32,000 nucleotides of DNA from Ferroglobus placidus DSM 10642. GTDB taxonomy: Archaea; Halobacteriota; Archaeoglobi; Archaeoglobales; Archaeoglobaceae. Position numbers and translations under genes: made by a program. The stretch lies in assembly GCF_000025505.1 (NCBI RefSeq), contig NC_013849.1:1620001-1652000 (forward strand). The letters are read 5' to 3'. This document shows, in pieces, positions 15,084 to 24,181 of this stretch (within the stretch, counting starts at the first letter, position 1; each line of letters opens with the position of its first letter). The notes under the pieces were generated by a model. It worked only from the letters and a program-made list of their open reading frames with translations. It was not told where the DNA came from and did not search any database.

Positions 15084-16059
15084 GCTTTTCGAAAAAAGCA
15101 TCCACGAACTCGGAAAAATGGCTGATTCGCTCAACGACGGCTACGCAACTTTCGTTTTGAACAAGCACATCAACTACTCCAACGTATGCGAATCGAAGTG
15201 TCCGATTTGCGCTTACCACAGCGACAACGGTTTCACAAAAAGCGTTGATGAAGTCGTTAGAGAAGCTTTAGAGGCTGTAAAGCTCGGAGTTAAGGAGCTT
15301 CATATCGTCGGCTCCCACAATCCGGAGCTCGGCGTAGAGTACTTCGAGGAGATTTTCAGAAAAATCTCGGAGAAAAGCGATGCGGTGATAAAAGCTCTCA
15401 CGGCAACGGAAGTTTATTATTACTCAAAAAAAGAGAAGATGAGCGTTAGAGAGTTTTTGTCCAGACTGAAAGAGGCTGGATTGAAAATGCTTCCCGGGGG
15501 AGGAGCCGAAATTTTAGCTGAGAGGGTTAGAAGAATTATTTCTCCGAGAAAAGCCTCAGCAGAAAGGTGGCTCAAAGTCATGAAGATAGCACACTCCTTG
15601 GGAATCAAAAGCAACGCTACGATGCTTTTCGGGCACGTGGAAAGTTATAGAGACATAGCTATTCACCTCTACAGACTCAGAAAGCTTCAGGAAAAGACGA
15701 ACGGATTCGTTTCTTTCATCCCTCTCCTTTACCATCCCGAGAACACGAAGCTTGGAGGGGAGAAGGCGAGTGCAGTTAAAATTCTGAAAACGATAGCAGT
15801 CTCGAGAATAGTTCTCGACGACTTCAAGGGAATAAAAGCTTACTGGGTCATGCTTGGAGAAGATCTGGCGACTTTGGCTTTAAACTACGGTGCAAACGAT
15901 GTGGATGGAACTGTTTTGGGGGAGAAGATTGCTCACTCTGCCGGAGCGAAAACGCCGAGGGCTATGACGGTGGAAAGGCTCGTGAAAATGATAAAAAGAG
16001 CCGGGAAAATTCCAGCTGAAAGGGATTCGTTCTTCAACGTGATAAGATGCTACGAATAG
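15061..16059 (+). CDS. radical SAM enzyme of the MqnC/MqnE (CofH-like) family, futalosine menaquinone pathway
   Basis: 332 aa with a GTG start. INYSNVCESKCPICAY cluster motif and LPGGGAEIL. I cannot decide between MqnE and MqnC by eye. Confidence 0.8.
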   Translation: MKVREIVELFEKSIHELGKMADSLNDGYATFVLNKHINYSNVCESKCPICAYHSDNGFTKSVDEVVREALEAVKLGVKELHIVGSHNPELGVEYFEEIFRKISEKSDAVIKALTATEVYYYSKKEKMSVREFLSRLKEAGLKMLPGGGAEILAERVRRIISPRKASAERWLKVMKIAHSLGIKSNATMLFGHVESYRDIAIHLYRLRKLQEKTNGFVSFIPLLYHPENTKLGGEKASAVKILKTIAVSRIVLDDFKGIKAYWVMLGEDLATLALNYGANDVDGTVLGEKIAHSAGAKTPRAMTVERLVKMIKRAGKIPAERDSFFNVIRCYE

Positions 16060-16775
16060 GTAAGTTCGGATTCATTAATAACTTTCTGGCTTACTACAAG
16101 CTGGAAAAAGAAGGTAAATACGAGATCGTCAAAGCGGATCCTAAAGCTCTCGCCGAACTTTTTGAAAAAAATTACGTTGATTACGCACCGGTTCCGAGCT
16201 ATTACTACCTCAAGAAGAAGCCGAAGAGGCATAAATTCTGCGTAGCCTCAAACGGGGAAGTTTACAGCGTTATCGTCATCTCTAAGGGAAAAAAGCTCGG
16301 AGAAAAGATTGCAGCCACTTCCAAGTCGATGACTTCGGTGAACATGCTCAGGATAATAGTTAAAGAAAGGGGTTTGAAAAGCGAAGTCGTTCAAGTAAGT
16401 GGAAGCTACAGAGAGATTCTGAAAGATTACGAGAGCGCGCTCTTAATAGGAGACGAGGCGATAAAGGCGAGGATGGTTTACAGAGTTGCGATGGACTTGG
16501 GAGAGGAGTGGAAGGATTTAACAGGACTTCCAGCCGTATTCGGCGTGGCTGTTTCCAACGGAGCTGGGGAAAAGATAGACGAAGACGTTCTGAATTCCGT
16601 TAGGTGGGGTAGGGAAAACATCGATGTTGTTGTGGAAGAGGCGAGCAAAAAATTCAGACTTCCCGAAGAGTTTCTCGAAACGTATTTTGAAGCTTTGATT
16701 CACGAAATGGGGAGAAAAGAGGAGAGGGGGTTAAGGGAATATGAGGAGTTATGTAAAGCCCACGGACTACTATGA
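16047..16775 (+). CDS. mqnA: chorismate dehydratase-like menaquinone biosynthesis protein (MqnA/MqnD family, MqnA-type N-terminus)
   Basis: 242 aa. MLRIGKFGFINNFLAYYKL resembles the MqnA N-terminus (IxYxN) rather than the MqnD SPCPND motif. It sits between the two Mqn radical SAM genes and overlaps both (13 and 35 nt). Confidence 0.7.
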   Translation: MLRIGKFGFINNFLAYYKLEKEGKYEIVKADPKALAELFEKNYVDYAPVPSYYYLKKKPKRHKFCVASNGEVYSVIVISKGKKLGEKIAATSKSMTSVNMLRIIVKERGLKSEVVQVSGSYREILKDYESALLIGDEAIKARMVYRVAMDLGEEWKDLTGLPAVFGVAVSNGAGEKIDEDVLNSVRWGRENIDVVVEEASKKFRLPEEFLETYFEALIHEMGRKEERGLREYEELCKAHGLL

Positions 16776-17769
16776 CCTCTTTTCAATGAGCCTTCACGAG
16801 CTCGGGGAAATTGCAGACAAAATAAGGAGAGAGAAGTGCGGAGACCTCGTAACTTTTGTTGTGGACACGAACATAAATTACACGAACGTTTGCGTTTCCA
16901 AATGCAAGTTTTGCGCTTTTTATGCGAGAGACGAAAGCGAAGCTTTTGTCCTCTCGGAAAAAGACATTTTGAGGAAAGTTGCCAAAGCTGTTGAGTTCGG
17001 AGCGACTCAGATTCTCATGCAAGGCGGTTTAAATCCAGAACTCGACTTGGCTTGGTTCGAGAAGGTTTTTTCCTCCATAAAAGAAAAGTTTCCCGCAGTT
17101 CACATCCACAGCCTTTCTCCTCCGGAAATAATATTCCTCGCCAAGCTCGAAGGTTTGAACTTCGAAGAAGTTTTGCTTCGGCTCAAAAAAGCCGGACTTG
17201 ACTCTCTGCCGGGAGGGGGAGCTGAAATTCTTTCCGACAGAGTGAGAGGAATGCTGAGCAAAAAGGGAAAAAGCGAGGAGTGGCTTGAAGTTATGAAAGC
17301 TGCTCACGAACTCGGAATGCCGACAACCGCGACCATGATGTTCGGGCACGTGGAAAAAGAGGAGGAAATAATCGAGCACTTGCTGAAAATAAGGGAACTT
17401 CAAGAGGAAACGAACGGATTTACAGCCTTCATTCCCTGGACGTTTCAGCCGGGAAGGAGCGAGTTGAAAGTCGAAAAAGCTTCTCCGGTGAAGTACCTCA
17501 AAGTCGTTGCAATCTCGAGGATCGTTCTCGACAACTTCAGAAACATTCAGGCTTCGTGGCTTTCTCAAGGATTTGATGTCGCTTCCCTCTCACTTCACTT
17601 CGGAGCGAACGACTTCGGAGGGACGCTGCTCGAGGAGAAGGTGATAAGCTCAACAGGCAAAAAACACACTCCGGCAAGGGTGGAGCAGATGGTGAGAGCC
17701 ATAAGAAAAGCTGGCAGAGTTCCGGCGAGAAGAGATACTTATTACAACGTTCTTGAAGTTTACCTCTAA
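16741..17769 (+). CDS. radical SAM enzyme of the MqnC/MqnE (CofH-like) family, paralog of 15061-16059
   Basis: 342 aa. INYTNVCVSKCKFCAF, LPGGGAEIL, GANDFGGT. Confidence 0.8.
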   Translation: MRSYVKPTDYYDLFSMSLHELGEIADKIRREKCGDLVTFVVDTNINYTNVCVSKCKFCAFYARDESEAFVLSEKDILRKVAKAVEFGATQILMQGGLNPELDLAWFEKVFSSIKEKFPAVHIHSLSPPEIIFLAKLEGLNFEEVLLRLKKAGLDSLPGGGAEILSDRVRGMLSKKGKSEEWLEVMKAAHELGMPTTATMMFGHVEKEEEIIEHLLKIRELQEETNGFTAFIPWTFQPGRSELKVEKASPVKYLKVVAISRIVLDNFRNIQASWLSQGFDVASLSLHFGANDFGGTLLEEKVISSTGKKHTPARVEQMVRAIRKAGRVPARRDTYYNVLEVYL

Positions 17770-19109
17770 TTCCTCACCTTCCCCCTCGCTAAGGAAGCGA
17801 AAACCCCGAAGAGGCATAGTATCGCGAATATGATGAAGCAAACCTGAACGCTTTTTATGAACGTTGGATAGACTTCAGGAGTTATTTCAACTTCACCCAA
17901 AAATGCTGCGAAAACGAGCATGACTACAGCCATGCTCATCGTCTGTCCGAGAACTCTCATCGTCGAAAGAATTGCTGACGCTACTCCGTAGAATTTCCTA
18001 TCTACGGAGCTCATAATAGCGTTGGTGTTCGGAGAGCTGAACAAAGCGAAGCCAAATCCCATGAGCATGAGGTTGAAGAGGATTAAATTCAGAGGAGTTG
18101 TTTCGCTCAATTTTGAGAATACGAACAGACCAAAAGCGTTGATCGCCATTCCCGTAGAAGCTACTATTCTCGGTTCAACTCTGTCTGAAAGCCATCCGGC
18201 TAACGGAGAGAAAATAGCTTGAATCACCGGCTGGGCAACCAAAACGAATCCGGCTTGCTGTGGAGTAAGCTCTTTGACGTATTGCAAATATAAGCTCAGA
18301 AGGAAAGCAACAGCGAAAGTTGCGGAGTAGTTTAGGAGAGCCGCTAAGTTTGAAAGGGTGAAAGTGACGTTTTTCCTGAAAAGGCTGATCTCGAGGACGG
18401 GGTGCTCAACTTTGCTCTCCCAAAGCACGAAAGTTACCAATAAAATCAGCCCAGCAATGATTAAAGGAATAGAAAATTCAGAAACGCCGAGCATTATCGA
18501 TATCAGAGTCGCGCTGTATATCAGCGAGCCTATAACGTCGAACTTTTCTCCTCTCGCTTCAGCCCACTCCCCCTTTAGCTTCAGGTAAGTTAAAAAAGCT
18601 ATAAGCAACCCGAGGGGAACGTTCACGAGAAAAACGCTCCTCCAGCCGAAATTTTGAGTCAGAATTCCCCCGAAAAACGGACCCAAGCTAAGTCCGGTGT
18701 AAACCGAAGCTACGTTGATTCCGAGAACTTTGCCTCTCTCGCTTGGAGGAAAAACTGAGGTGAGTATTGCTATTCCGGTGGAAAATATCATAGCTCCTCC
18801 TATTCCCTGGAAAATTCTAAAAGCTATTAAGAGCTCGGCAGAAGTTGACAAAGCCGAGAAAAGCGAACCTAAAGTGAAGAACGCGATTCCGGTAGCAAAT
18901 ATCCTTTTTCTCCCCTTAATATCAGCAAGTCTCCCGAACGGGACGAGAAACATAGCTGAAGAAAGTAAGAAAGACGTTGCAATCCAGTTCAACGTTATCG
19001 CGTCAACGCCAAATTCTCTGCCAATCGACGGAAGAGCAACGTTCACGGAAGAAAGAGTAAACGGAGTTAGGAAAGACGCGAGCGTAATTACAAAGAGGAC
19101 GATCCTCAT
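17766..19109 (-). CDS. MFS transporter, 14-TM drug:H+ antiporter (DHA2/EmrB-like)
   Basis: 447 aa. GRLADIKGRKR (MFS motif A) and about 14 hydrophobic segments. 4-nt overlap with the upstream MATE gene. Confidence 0.85.
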   Translation of the reverse strand: MRIVLFVITLASFLTPFTLSSVNVALPSIGREFGVDAITLNWIATSFLLSSAMFLVPFGRLADIKGRKRIFATGIAFFTLGSLFSALSTSAELLIAFRIFQGIGGAMIFSTGIAILTSVFPPSERGKVLGINVASVYTGLSLGPFFGGILTQNFGWRSVFLVNVPLGLLIAFLTYLKLKGEWAEARGEKFDVIGSLIYSATLISIMLGVSEFSIPLIIAGLILLVTFVLWESKVEHPVLEISLFRKNVTFTLSNLAALLNYSATFAVAFLLSLYLQYVKELTPQQAGFVLVAQPVIQAIFSPLAGWLSDRVEPRIVASTGMAINAFGLFVFSKLSETTPLNLILFNLMLMGFGFALFSSPNTNAIMSSVDRKFYGVASAILSTMRVLGQTMSMAVVMLVFAAFLGEVEITPEVYPTFIKSVQVCFIIFAILCLFGVFASLARGKVRN

Positions 19110-20449
19110 ACCACCACCCTCTCGAGAGCTTTGATCGTAAAGTTTCCCAAGAAAAAGGCTACGAGCGAAGCTACAACGTTTCCGAGCGTAATACCTACGA
19201 GAACTCCGTAAAAACCGTAAGATAAAGCGAAAACGTACGCGAAACTTAACTGAAAAACGAGAGTTCTTAGAATGTTCACGGCTAAAGCGTACTCCCCCTT
19301 ACCTATCCCCTGAAACGTTGCGACCGTCATTATTCCGAGAGGGGTAAAGGGTAGAAAGCTCGGAAGAATTCTTAAAGCTATGACGAGTTCGTCGTAAATG
19401 TTAGCGGAAAGCTCTGAATACGTGAACAACACAGCCGACTTCGAAGCCGTTAGAAAAATAAGAGTGAAAGCGAATAACTCGATCGTCGCAGCAATCTTTA
19501 TAGCGTGGTAGTAAGCTTTCTTCAAGTTTTCCATGTTTTTAGCTCCGAAAGCTGCTCCGGTTATAGCCGTTAAAGCTCCAGCCATCCCGAAGAGAGGAAT
19601 AAAGCCGAAACTTACGATCCTCCAAGCACTCGTGAAAACTGCTATTCCCTCAGGCCCTCCGTAGTTGATGATTATCAGGTTGAGAAAAACCATCGCAACC
19701 GACATCGTTATCATCGAGAAAGAGGAAGGAATTCCCACCCTTAGTATGTCGAAAACGACTTTTCCGTCAAACTTAAAGTGCTTAAAGGTTGGAGTGACGT
19801 AAGTTTTCCCGCTCAAAAACCAGTGCAAGTAAATCAGTGACGTCAGCATCATGGAAACGACGGTTGCGTAAGCAGCTCCGACTATGCCTAAACCGAGCAC
19901 GTAAATGAATACGGGATCGAGAACTATGTTTAACAAAGTTCCGGAAACGTTCGCGTACATCGCCCTCTTGGTACTTCCCTCTCCGTTCAGAATACCCGTC
20001 GATACGTTGCTAAAAACGAGAAAGACGCTTCCAGCAACTACAACTCTCGAATAATCGAGAGCGAGCTTTAAAACCTCTCCTTCCGCACCGAAAATTCTGA
20101 GCAAAGTTTCAAGAAAGATCAAAAGAGAGGTTATGGTAGCCGCTACAACTAAGCTTATAACGAGAGCGTGAGAAGCAGTGCTGTCTGCTCCGACTTTATC
20201 TTTAGCTCCGATTCTCCTTGAGATTGCGGAGCTGGCACCAATTCCCAAACCAACCGAAAGGGCAATGAAAATCATAAAAATTGGGAAAAAGATGCCTACA
20301 GCAGATAAAGCGCTTGAACCAAGCCCAGCAACCCAAACTCCGTCTGCTAAGTTGTAGAGAGTGAAAACGAGGTTGCTTATCATCGCCGGAATGGAAAGCT
20401 TAATGAGAGCTTTTTTCGGGTCTCCCAGCAGAATTTTAACGCCCTTCAT
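19106..20449 (-). CDS. MATE-family efflux transporter
   Basis: 447 aa, 12 TM. The N-terminus ...LIKLSIPAMISNLVFTLYNLADGVWVAGLG is typical of MATE/NorM-like proteins. Confidence 0.85.
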   Translation of the reverse strand: MKGVKILLGDPKKALIKLSIPAMISNLVFTLYNLADGVWVAGLGSSALSAVGIFFPIFMIFIALSVGLGIGASSAISRRIGAKDKVGADSTASHALVISLVVAATITSLLIFLETLLRIFGAEGEVLKLALDYSRVVVAGSVFLVFSNVSTGILNGEGSTKRAMYANVSGTLLNIVLDPVFIYVLGLGIVGAAYATVVSMMLTSLIYLHWFLSGKTYVTPTFKHFKFDGKVVFDILRVGIPSSFSMITMSVAMVFLNLIIINYGGPEGIAVFTSAWRIVSFGFIPLFGMAGALTAITGAAFGAKNMENLKKAYYHAIKIAATIELFAFTLIFLTASKSAVLFTYSELSANIYDELVIALRILPSFLPFTPLGIMTVATFQGIGKGEYALAVNILRTLVFQLSFAYVFALSYGFYGVLVGITLGNVVASLVAFFLGNFTIKALERVVV

Positions 20450-20838
20450 TCGAGATTCCTCAGAATCCTTTCGAGCAATCTCTCCAAAATCTTCACTTCC
20501 TCCCTTTCAAAACCCCTGAGCATTTTTTCGTTTATTTCCGAAGCTATACGCTCAAGTTTCTTTATCATCGCTTTCCCTTCTTCAGTGAGGTGGATGACGT
20601 ACTCTCTACCATCCCTTTTCCTCGTGATCAACCCCTTCTCTTCAAGACTTTTGAGTGCTTTCGAAACAGTTCCCTTCGTCAACCCGGTCTCTTCGACGAT
20701 CTCTTTCTGAGTTGCTTTTCCGCCGTAAACGATTTTCAGGCACTTGAATTCGAGAAAAGTGAGCTCTCCGGATAATCTCTCCATCACTTGCCTCTTAACG
20801 CTCCTGAGTATTAAGAAGAGAATCTTCGCTATGTCCAC
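20446..20838 (-). CDS. MarR-family transcriptional regulator
   Basis: 130 aa with a GTG start. wHTH QKEIVEETGLTKGTVSKALKSLEEKGLITRKRDGREYVIHLTEEG. 4-nt overlap with the MATE gene. Confidence 0.85.
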   Translation of the reverse strand: MDIAKILFLILRSVKRQVMERLSGELTFLEFKCLKIVYGGKATQKEIVEETGLTKGTVSKALKSLEEKGLITRKRDGREYVIHLTEEGKAMIKKLERIASEINEKMLRGFEREEVKILERLLERILRNLE

Positions 20839-20886
20839 AAAGTTTCACATGAAACCTTGGGGTTATAAAGTTTCCGATGAAACCTT
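20839..20886. promoter_or_regulatory. two copies of a 20-bp palindromic box (putative MarR operator) flanking and overlapping a TATA element
   Basis: AAAGTTTCACATGAAACCTT (20839-20858) and AAAGTTTCCGATGAAACCTT (20867-20886), 18/20 identical. Core is GTTTCA-N2-TGAAAC. TTATAAA at 20863-20869. A third half-site AAAGTTT at 20894-20900. Confidence 0.6.
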
Positions 20887-20926
20887 CCTTGACAAAGTTT
20901 ATCAACGCACGACCTAACTTAAATCC

Positions 20927-22162
20927 GTGGAAGTGGTGGTTAGGAAGAGTGAGGTGAACGGAGAAGTTAAAGCTCCTCCTTCGAAAAGTTACACTCACCG
21001 GGCTTTATTTGCCGGAGCCCTTTCGAGAAGAGCCAGAATTTACAGTCCTCTGATCTCAGACGATACCCTCGCAACGGCTTTTTCTTGCAAAAAGTCGGGT
21101 TCGATTTTTCTTAGAAAGGGAGACGCTGCCATCGTTGGAGGGTTGAGAAAGTTTGGAGGCTATTACAACTGCATGAACTCCGGAACTACTCTCAGAATAC
21201 TGATCTCTCTAGCAGCAGCTTTAGGAGATCATTCCATCCTCGACGGAGACGAATCCTTGAGGAATAGACCGAATAAGGAGCTGTGCGAAGCGGTAAAGAA
21301 ACTCGGAGCTGAGGTGATTGGAGGAGAAGAGTTTAAGGCTCCTTTAAAAATTAGAGGAAGGATAAAGGCTGGCGAGGTGGAAATTTCCGGAAAAAGCTCG
21401 CAGTTCGTAACCTCTTTGCTCTTCGCCCTACCCCTCGTGGGAGATTCGGTCGTTAGAGTAAGAGATCTCAAATCCAAGCCCTACGTTGACGTAACGCTAC
21501 ACGTTTTGGAGGAGAGCAACGTAAAAGTGGAGGTTGAAGGAAACGAGTACCACGTTTACGATTCTGAATACAAGCTCAGAGAATTCCAAGTCCCTCCTGA
21601 TTTCTCGTCAATAAGCTACTTGATAGCTGCCGGCGTTGTTGGGGGAAAAGTTTCGATAAAAAACGTGGTCGATTCGAGGCAGGGGGATAAGGTTATAGTC
21701 GACCTCGTTAGGGAGATGGGGGGAAGAGTTGAGTGGAGGAACGACGAAATAGTGGCTGAAAAATCGGAGCTTGAGGGAATAGAGTTCGACGCTTCTAACA
21801 ATCCGGATTTAGTTCCGACGATAGCAGTTTTGGCAGCTGTTGCCAAGGGAAAAACGAGGATATACAACGCTGAACACTTAAGATTGAAAGAGACGGACAG
21901 AATCACCACGATATGCGAAAACCTTCGAAGGCTTGGGGTAGATGTGAAGTGCGGGGAAGGGGAAATAGTTGTGGAAGGAAAAGGTTTTAGGGAGTTTAAA
22001 GGGGTTGTGGATAGTTTCGGAGATCACAGAATTGCGATGGCTTTCTCAGTACTCGGACTTCTCGGAGAGGTCAGGATTTTAAAAGCCGAGTGCGTCAGCG
22101 TTTCCTATCCGAAATTCTTCCAAGATTTGAAAAAGCTCGGAGCTGATGTAAATGCCGGGTAA
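20927..22162 (+). CDS. aroA: 3-phosphoshikimate 1-carboxyvinyltransferase (EPSP synthase)
   Basis: 411 aa with a GTG start. [40 protein letters not shown]. Confidence 0.92.
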   Translation: MEVVVRKSEVNGEVKAPPSKSYTHRALFAGALSRRARIYSPLISDDTLATAFSCKKSGSIFLRKGDAAIVGGLRKFGGYYNCMNSGTTLRILISLAAALGDHSILDGDESLRNRPNKELCEAVKKLGAEVIGGEEFKAPLKIRGRIKAGEVEISGKSSQFVTSLLFALPLVGDSVVRVRDLKSKPYVDVTLHVLEESNVKVEVEGNEYHVYDSEYKLREFQVPPDFSSISYLIAAGVVGGKVSIKNVVDSRQGDKVIVDLVREMGGRVEWRNDEIVAEKSELEGIEFDASNNPDLVPTIAVLAAVAKGKTRIYNAEHLRLKETDRITTICENLRRLGVDVKCGEGEIVVEGKGFREFKGVVDSFGDHRIAMAFSVLGLLGEVRILKAECVSVSYPKFFQDLKKLGADVNAG

Positions 22163-23243
22163 CTCCTTCGGACACGTTTTCAGAGTAACCACCTTCGGAG
22201 AAAGTCACGGAAGAGCTGTAGGATGCGTAGTCGACGGTTGCCCGGCTGGTTTGAGAATTAAAAAAGAGGACATTCAGAAAGAATTGGACAGAAGAAAGCC
22301 GGGAGGAAGGCTTTTCTCTCCGAGAAAGGAAAAAGATGAAGTGGAGATTCTTTCGGGAATTTTCGAGGAAAAAACCCTCGGAACGCCGATAGCGATGGTA
22401 GTTTACAATAAAGACGTTGATTCGAAGCCTTACGAGCAGATAAAAAATCTTCTCCGTCCGGGACATGCAGATTACACTTATTTAGCGAAGTTCGGAGTGA
22501 GGGACTGGAGAGGTGGCGGAAGATCTTCGGCGAGGGAAACAGTAGGAAGAGTTGCAGCAGGAGCGATAGCGAAGAAAGTTCTTTCCCAGTTCGGAGTGAA
22601 GGTGATGGGCTACGTAGTAGAGATTGCTGGAATAAAAGCAAATCTCGAAGGGATGGATGCCGAAGAAATTTTCGAAAGAGCCGAGAAGAGCGAAATTAGA
22701 TGTGCGGACTACGAAGCTGAGGAGAAGATGATCGAGAAAATCATCGAAGCGAGGAAAGAGGGTGATAGTGTTGGAGGAGTTGTGGAGGTTGTGATAAGAG
22801 GGTTACCAGCTGGCGTCGGCGAGCCGGTGTTCATGAAACTCGACGCCTACTTAGCATACGCTATGATGAGCATTCCTGCTGTGAAGGGAGTGGAGATAGG
22901 AGCGGGATTCAGAGCTGCGAGAATGAAAGGGAGTGAAATGAACGACGAAATGACGATAGATGGAGGAAGGATAAAGTTCCTCAGCAACAACGCCGGAGGT
23001 GTGCTCGGAGGAATCTCTACCGGAGAAGATGTCGTTGTGAGGCTTGCTGTAAAGCCGACTCCAAGCATTTCGAAAAGGCAGAGAACTGTGAACATCGAGA
23101 CTTTTTCCGAAGACGAAATAGTTGTTAGAGGCAGACACGATCCTTGCATTGCTCCGAGAGCAGTTCCTGTGGCTGAGGCGATGGCGGCAATAGCAACTCT
23201 AGACCTTATGATGATGCAGAATCTCGTTCCGAGGTTCTTCTAA
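22152..23243 (+). CDS. aroC: chorismate synthase
   Basis: 363 aa. [42 protein letters not shown]. 11-nt overlap with aroA. Confidence 0.93.
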   Translation: MPGNSFGHVFRVTTFGESHGRAVGCVVDGCPAGLRIKKEDIQKELDRRKPGGRLFSPRKEKDEVEILSGIFEEKTLGTPIAMVVYNKDVDSKPYEQIKNLLRPGHADYTYLAKFGVRDWRGGGRSSARETVGRVAAGAIAKKVLSQFGVKVMGYVVEIAGIKANLEGMDAEEIFERAEKSEIRCADYEAEEKMIEKIIEARKEGDSVGGVVEVVIRGLPAGVGEPVFMKLDAYLAYAMMSIPAVKGVEIGAGFRAARMKGSEMNDEMTIDGGRIKFLSNNAGGVLGGISTGEDVVVRLAVKPTPSISKRQRTVNIETFSEDEIVVRGRHDPCIAPRAVPVAEAMAAIATLDLMMMQNLVPRFF

Positions 23244-23471
23244 CTACTTCATTCTCTTGTGTTCGAACTCAATTTTCAACTTTTCCAAGTTTTTTGAATC
23301 CACATAGGGAATTAGCGCTCCGCAGTTTATGCAAAGCCGTGGGTAAGCCAGTACAACCCCTCCCAAAATCCCGCTCCACGGCTTTTTCCAGAAGTATTTT
23401 GCGTGTCCGCTATTCTTGCTCTTCCCTTTTATCATTTCTCCTCCGCAGAGTGGACAGGTTTTGATCTCCAT
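23244..23471 (-). CDS. small zinc-ribbon protein, unknown function
   Basis: Track ORF 23244-23498 trimmed to ATG 23471 (MEIKTCPLCGGEM...CINCGALIPY), which overlaps the upstream stop as TGATG. Two CxxC pairs. Confidence 0.55.
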   Translation of the reverse strand: MEIKTCPLCGGEMIKGKSKNSGHAKYFWKKPWSGILGGVVLAYPRLCINCGALIPYVDSKNLEKLKIEFEHKRMK

Positions 23472-23785
23472 CAGAACGTTAACAGCTTGTCGCACCACTT
23501 AACGATTTCGTAAAGGTCGGCGAGAGTCGAAACTGGACAGGCCGATTCCATTTCCCTCAGTTTCAGGCAAGTTCCGCAAGCGTAAATCTTACCCCCGTTG
23601 TTGGCGAATTTCTCCATCTGTTCCCTAACGTTAAACTTTTCGTCTTCGATCTTCTCGCATTCCACACCCTTGCCAATCAGAAAAACCCTAACTTCATCTC
23701 CAGAGTTTAAAGCAAAGTTCGCAAAGCGAAAAGCGTTCCACACAGTCTCAGCATCGTTAGAAGAGACGACGATCCCGACCTTCAT
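23471..23785 (-). CDS. DsrE/DsrF-like sulfur-relay family protein
   Basis: Track ORF 23471-23833 trimmed to ATG 23785 (MKVGIVVSSNDAETVWNAFRFANFAL...VFLIGKGV...IYACGTCLK). DsrE-like fold signature with a conserved Cys. Confidence 0.7.
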   Translation of the reverse strand: MKVGIVVSSNDAETVWNAFRFANFALNSGDEVRVFLIGKGVECEKIEDEKFNVREQMEKFANNGGKIYACGTCLKLREMESACPVSTLADLYEIVKWCDKLLTF

Positions 23786-23867
23786 AAAAAGAACTCTTTG
23801 AACTTCGATAAAAACTTTAGGTTTCGAACGCAAGAATTATATTCAAGTTAGCATAAGGCTTATTCGA

Positions 23868-24003
23868 GGGGCCGTGGCGTAGCCAGGAAGCGCGGCGGGC
23901 TCCAGCGGCGTGATGACTGATGGGTCTGCTGAGCGGTGATGATCCGCTGGAGTACTGACCCGGGGAGACCCGCCAGTCGTGGGTTCAAATCCCACCGGCC
24001 CCA
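23868..24003 (+). tRNA. tRNA-Trp (anticodon CCA) interrupted by a 62-nt intron at the canonical 37/38 site
   Basis: Hand-folded. Acceptor GGGGCCG/CGGCCCC with discriminator A. Exon 1 is 23868-23905, ending CUCCAG. Exon 2 is 23968-24003 (A-CCCGC, variable loop CAGTC, T arm GTGGG-TTCAAAT-CCCAC). Anticodon stem GCGGG/CCCGC. T5 terminator at 24004-24008. Confidence 0.9.
23906..23967 (+). ncRNA. box C/D guide RNA embedded in the tRNA-Trp intron (targets C34 and position 39 of its own tRNA)
   Basis: C box GTGATGA 23910-23916, D' CTGA 23929-23932, C' GTGATGA 23936-23942, D CTGA 23955-23958, with two 12-nt spacers. The D guide TCCGCTGGAGTA pairs 9 bp with CTCCAGCGG (23900-23908) and puts C34 at the N+5 rule position. 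The D' guide pairs with AGACCC(G) (23966-23972) and puts nucleotide 39 at N+5. Confidence 0.85.
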
Positions 24004-24181
24004 TTTTTATGGGTTCAACCACTTCTCCTTTTTCCATCTTCTAATTTTGATTAACTGCTTTAGCAATTATTATTTTGAAGACTCTATACTTGGTGGGCAC
24101 GTTTGACAAAACCCCCTTCAGCACGGCACCGTGCAATACTTCAGAGACTCTACCCTAGAATGTATCCGGGTGTAAGTGCAT

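Noticed and set aside
17029-17568. 179-aa ORF antisense to the second Mqn radical SAM gene. Similar long antisense ORFs occur at 6476-6928, 18715-19134, 22095-22641 and 29375-29913.
   Set aside because: Each is embedded in and antisense to a gene with strong family motifs. Their products are low-complexity (Arg/Ser/Phe-rich) and have no start context, which is typical of shadow ORFs.
24010-24018. TGGGTTCAA just after tRNA-Trp repeats 9 nt of the tRNA T-arm (23980-23988), a possible att-site scar
   Set aside because: Only 9 nt match, the similarity does not extend, and I saw no second copy at the far end of the islet. This is too short to separate from chance.
23843-24037. 64-aa minus-strand ORF from the track
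   Set aside because: It is antisense to the tRNA-Trp gene and its C/D intron. The GC-rich tRNA sequence is what keeps the frame open.
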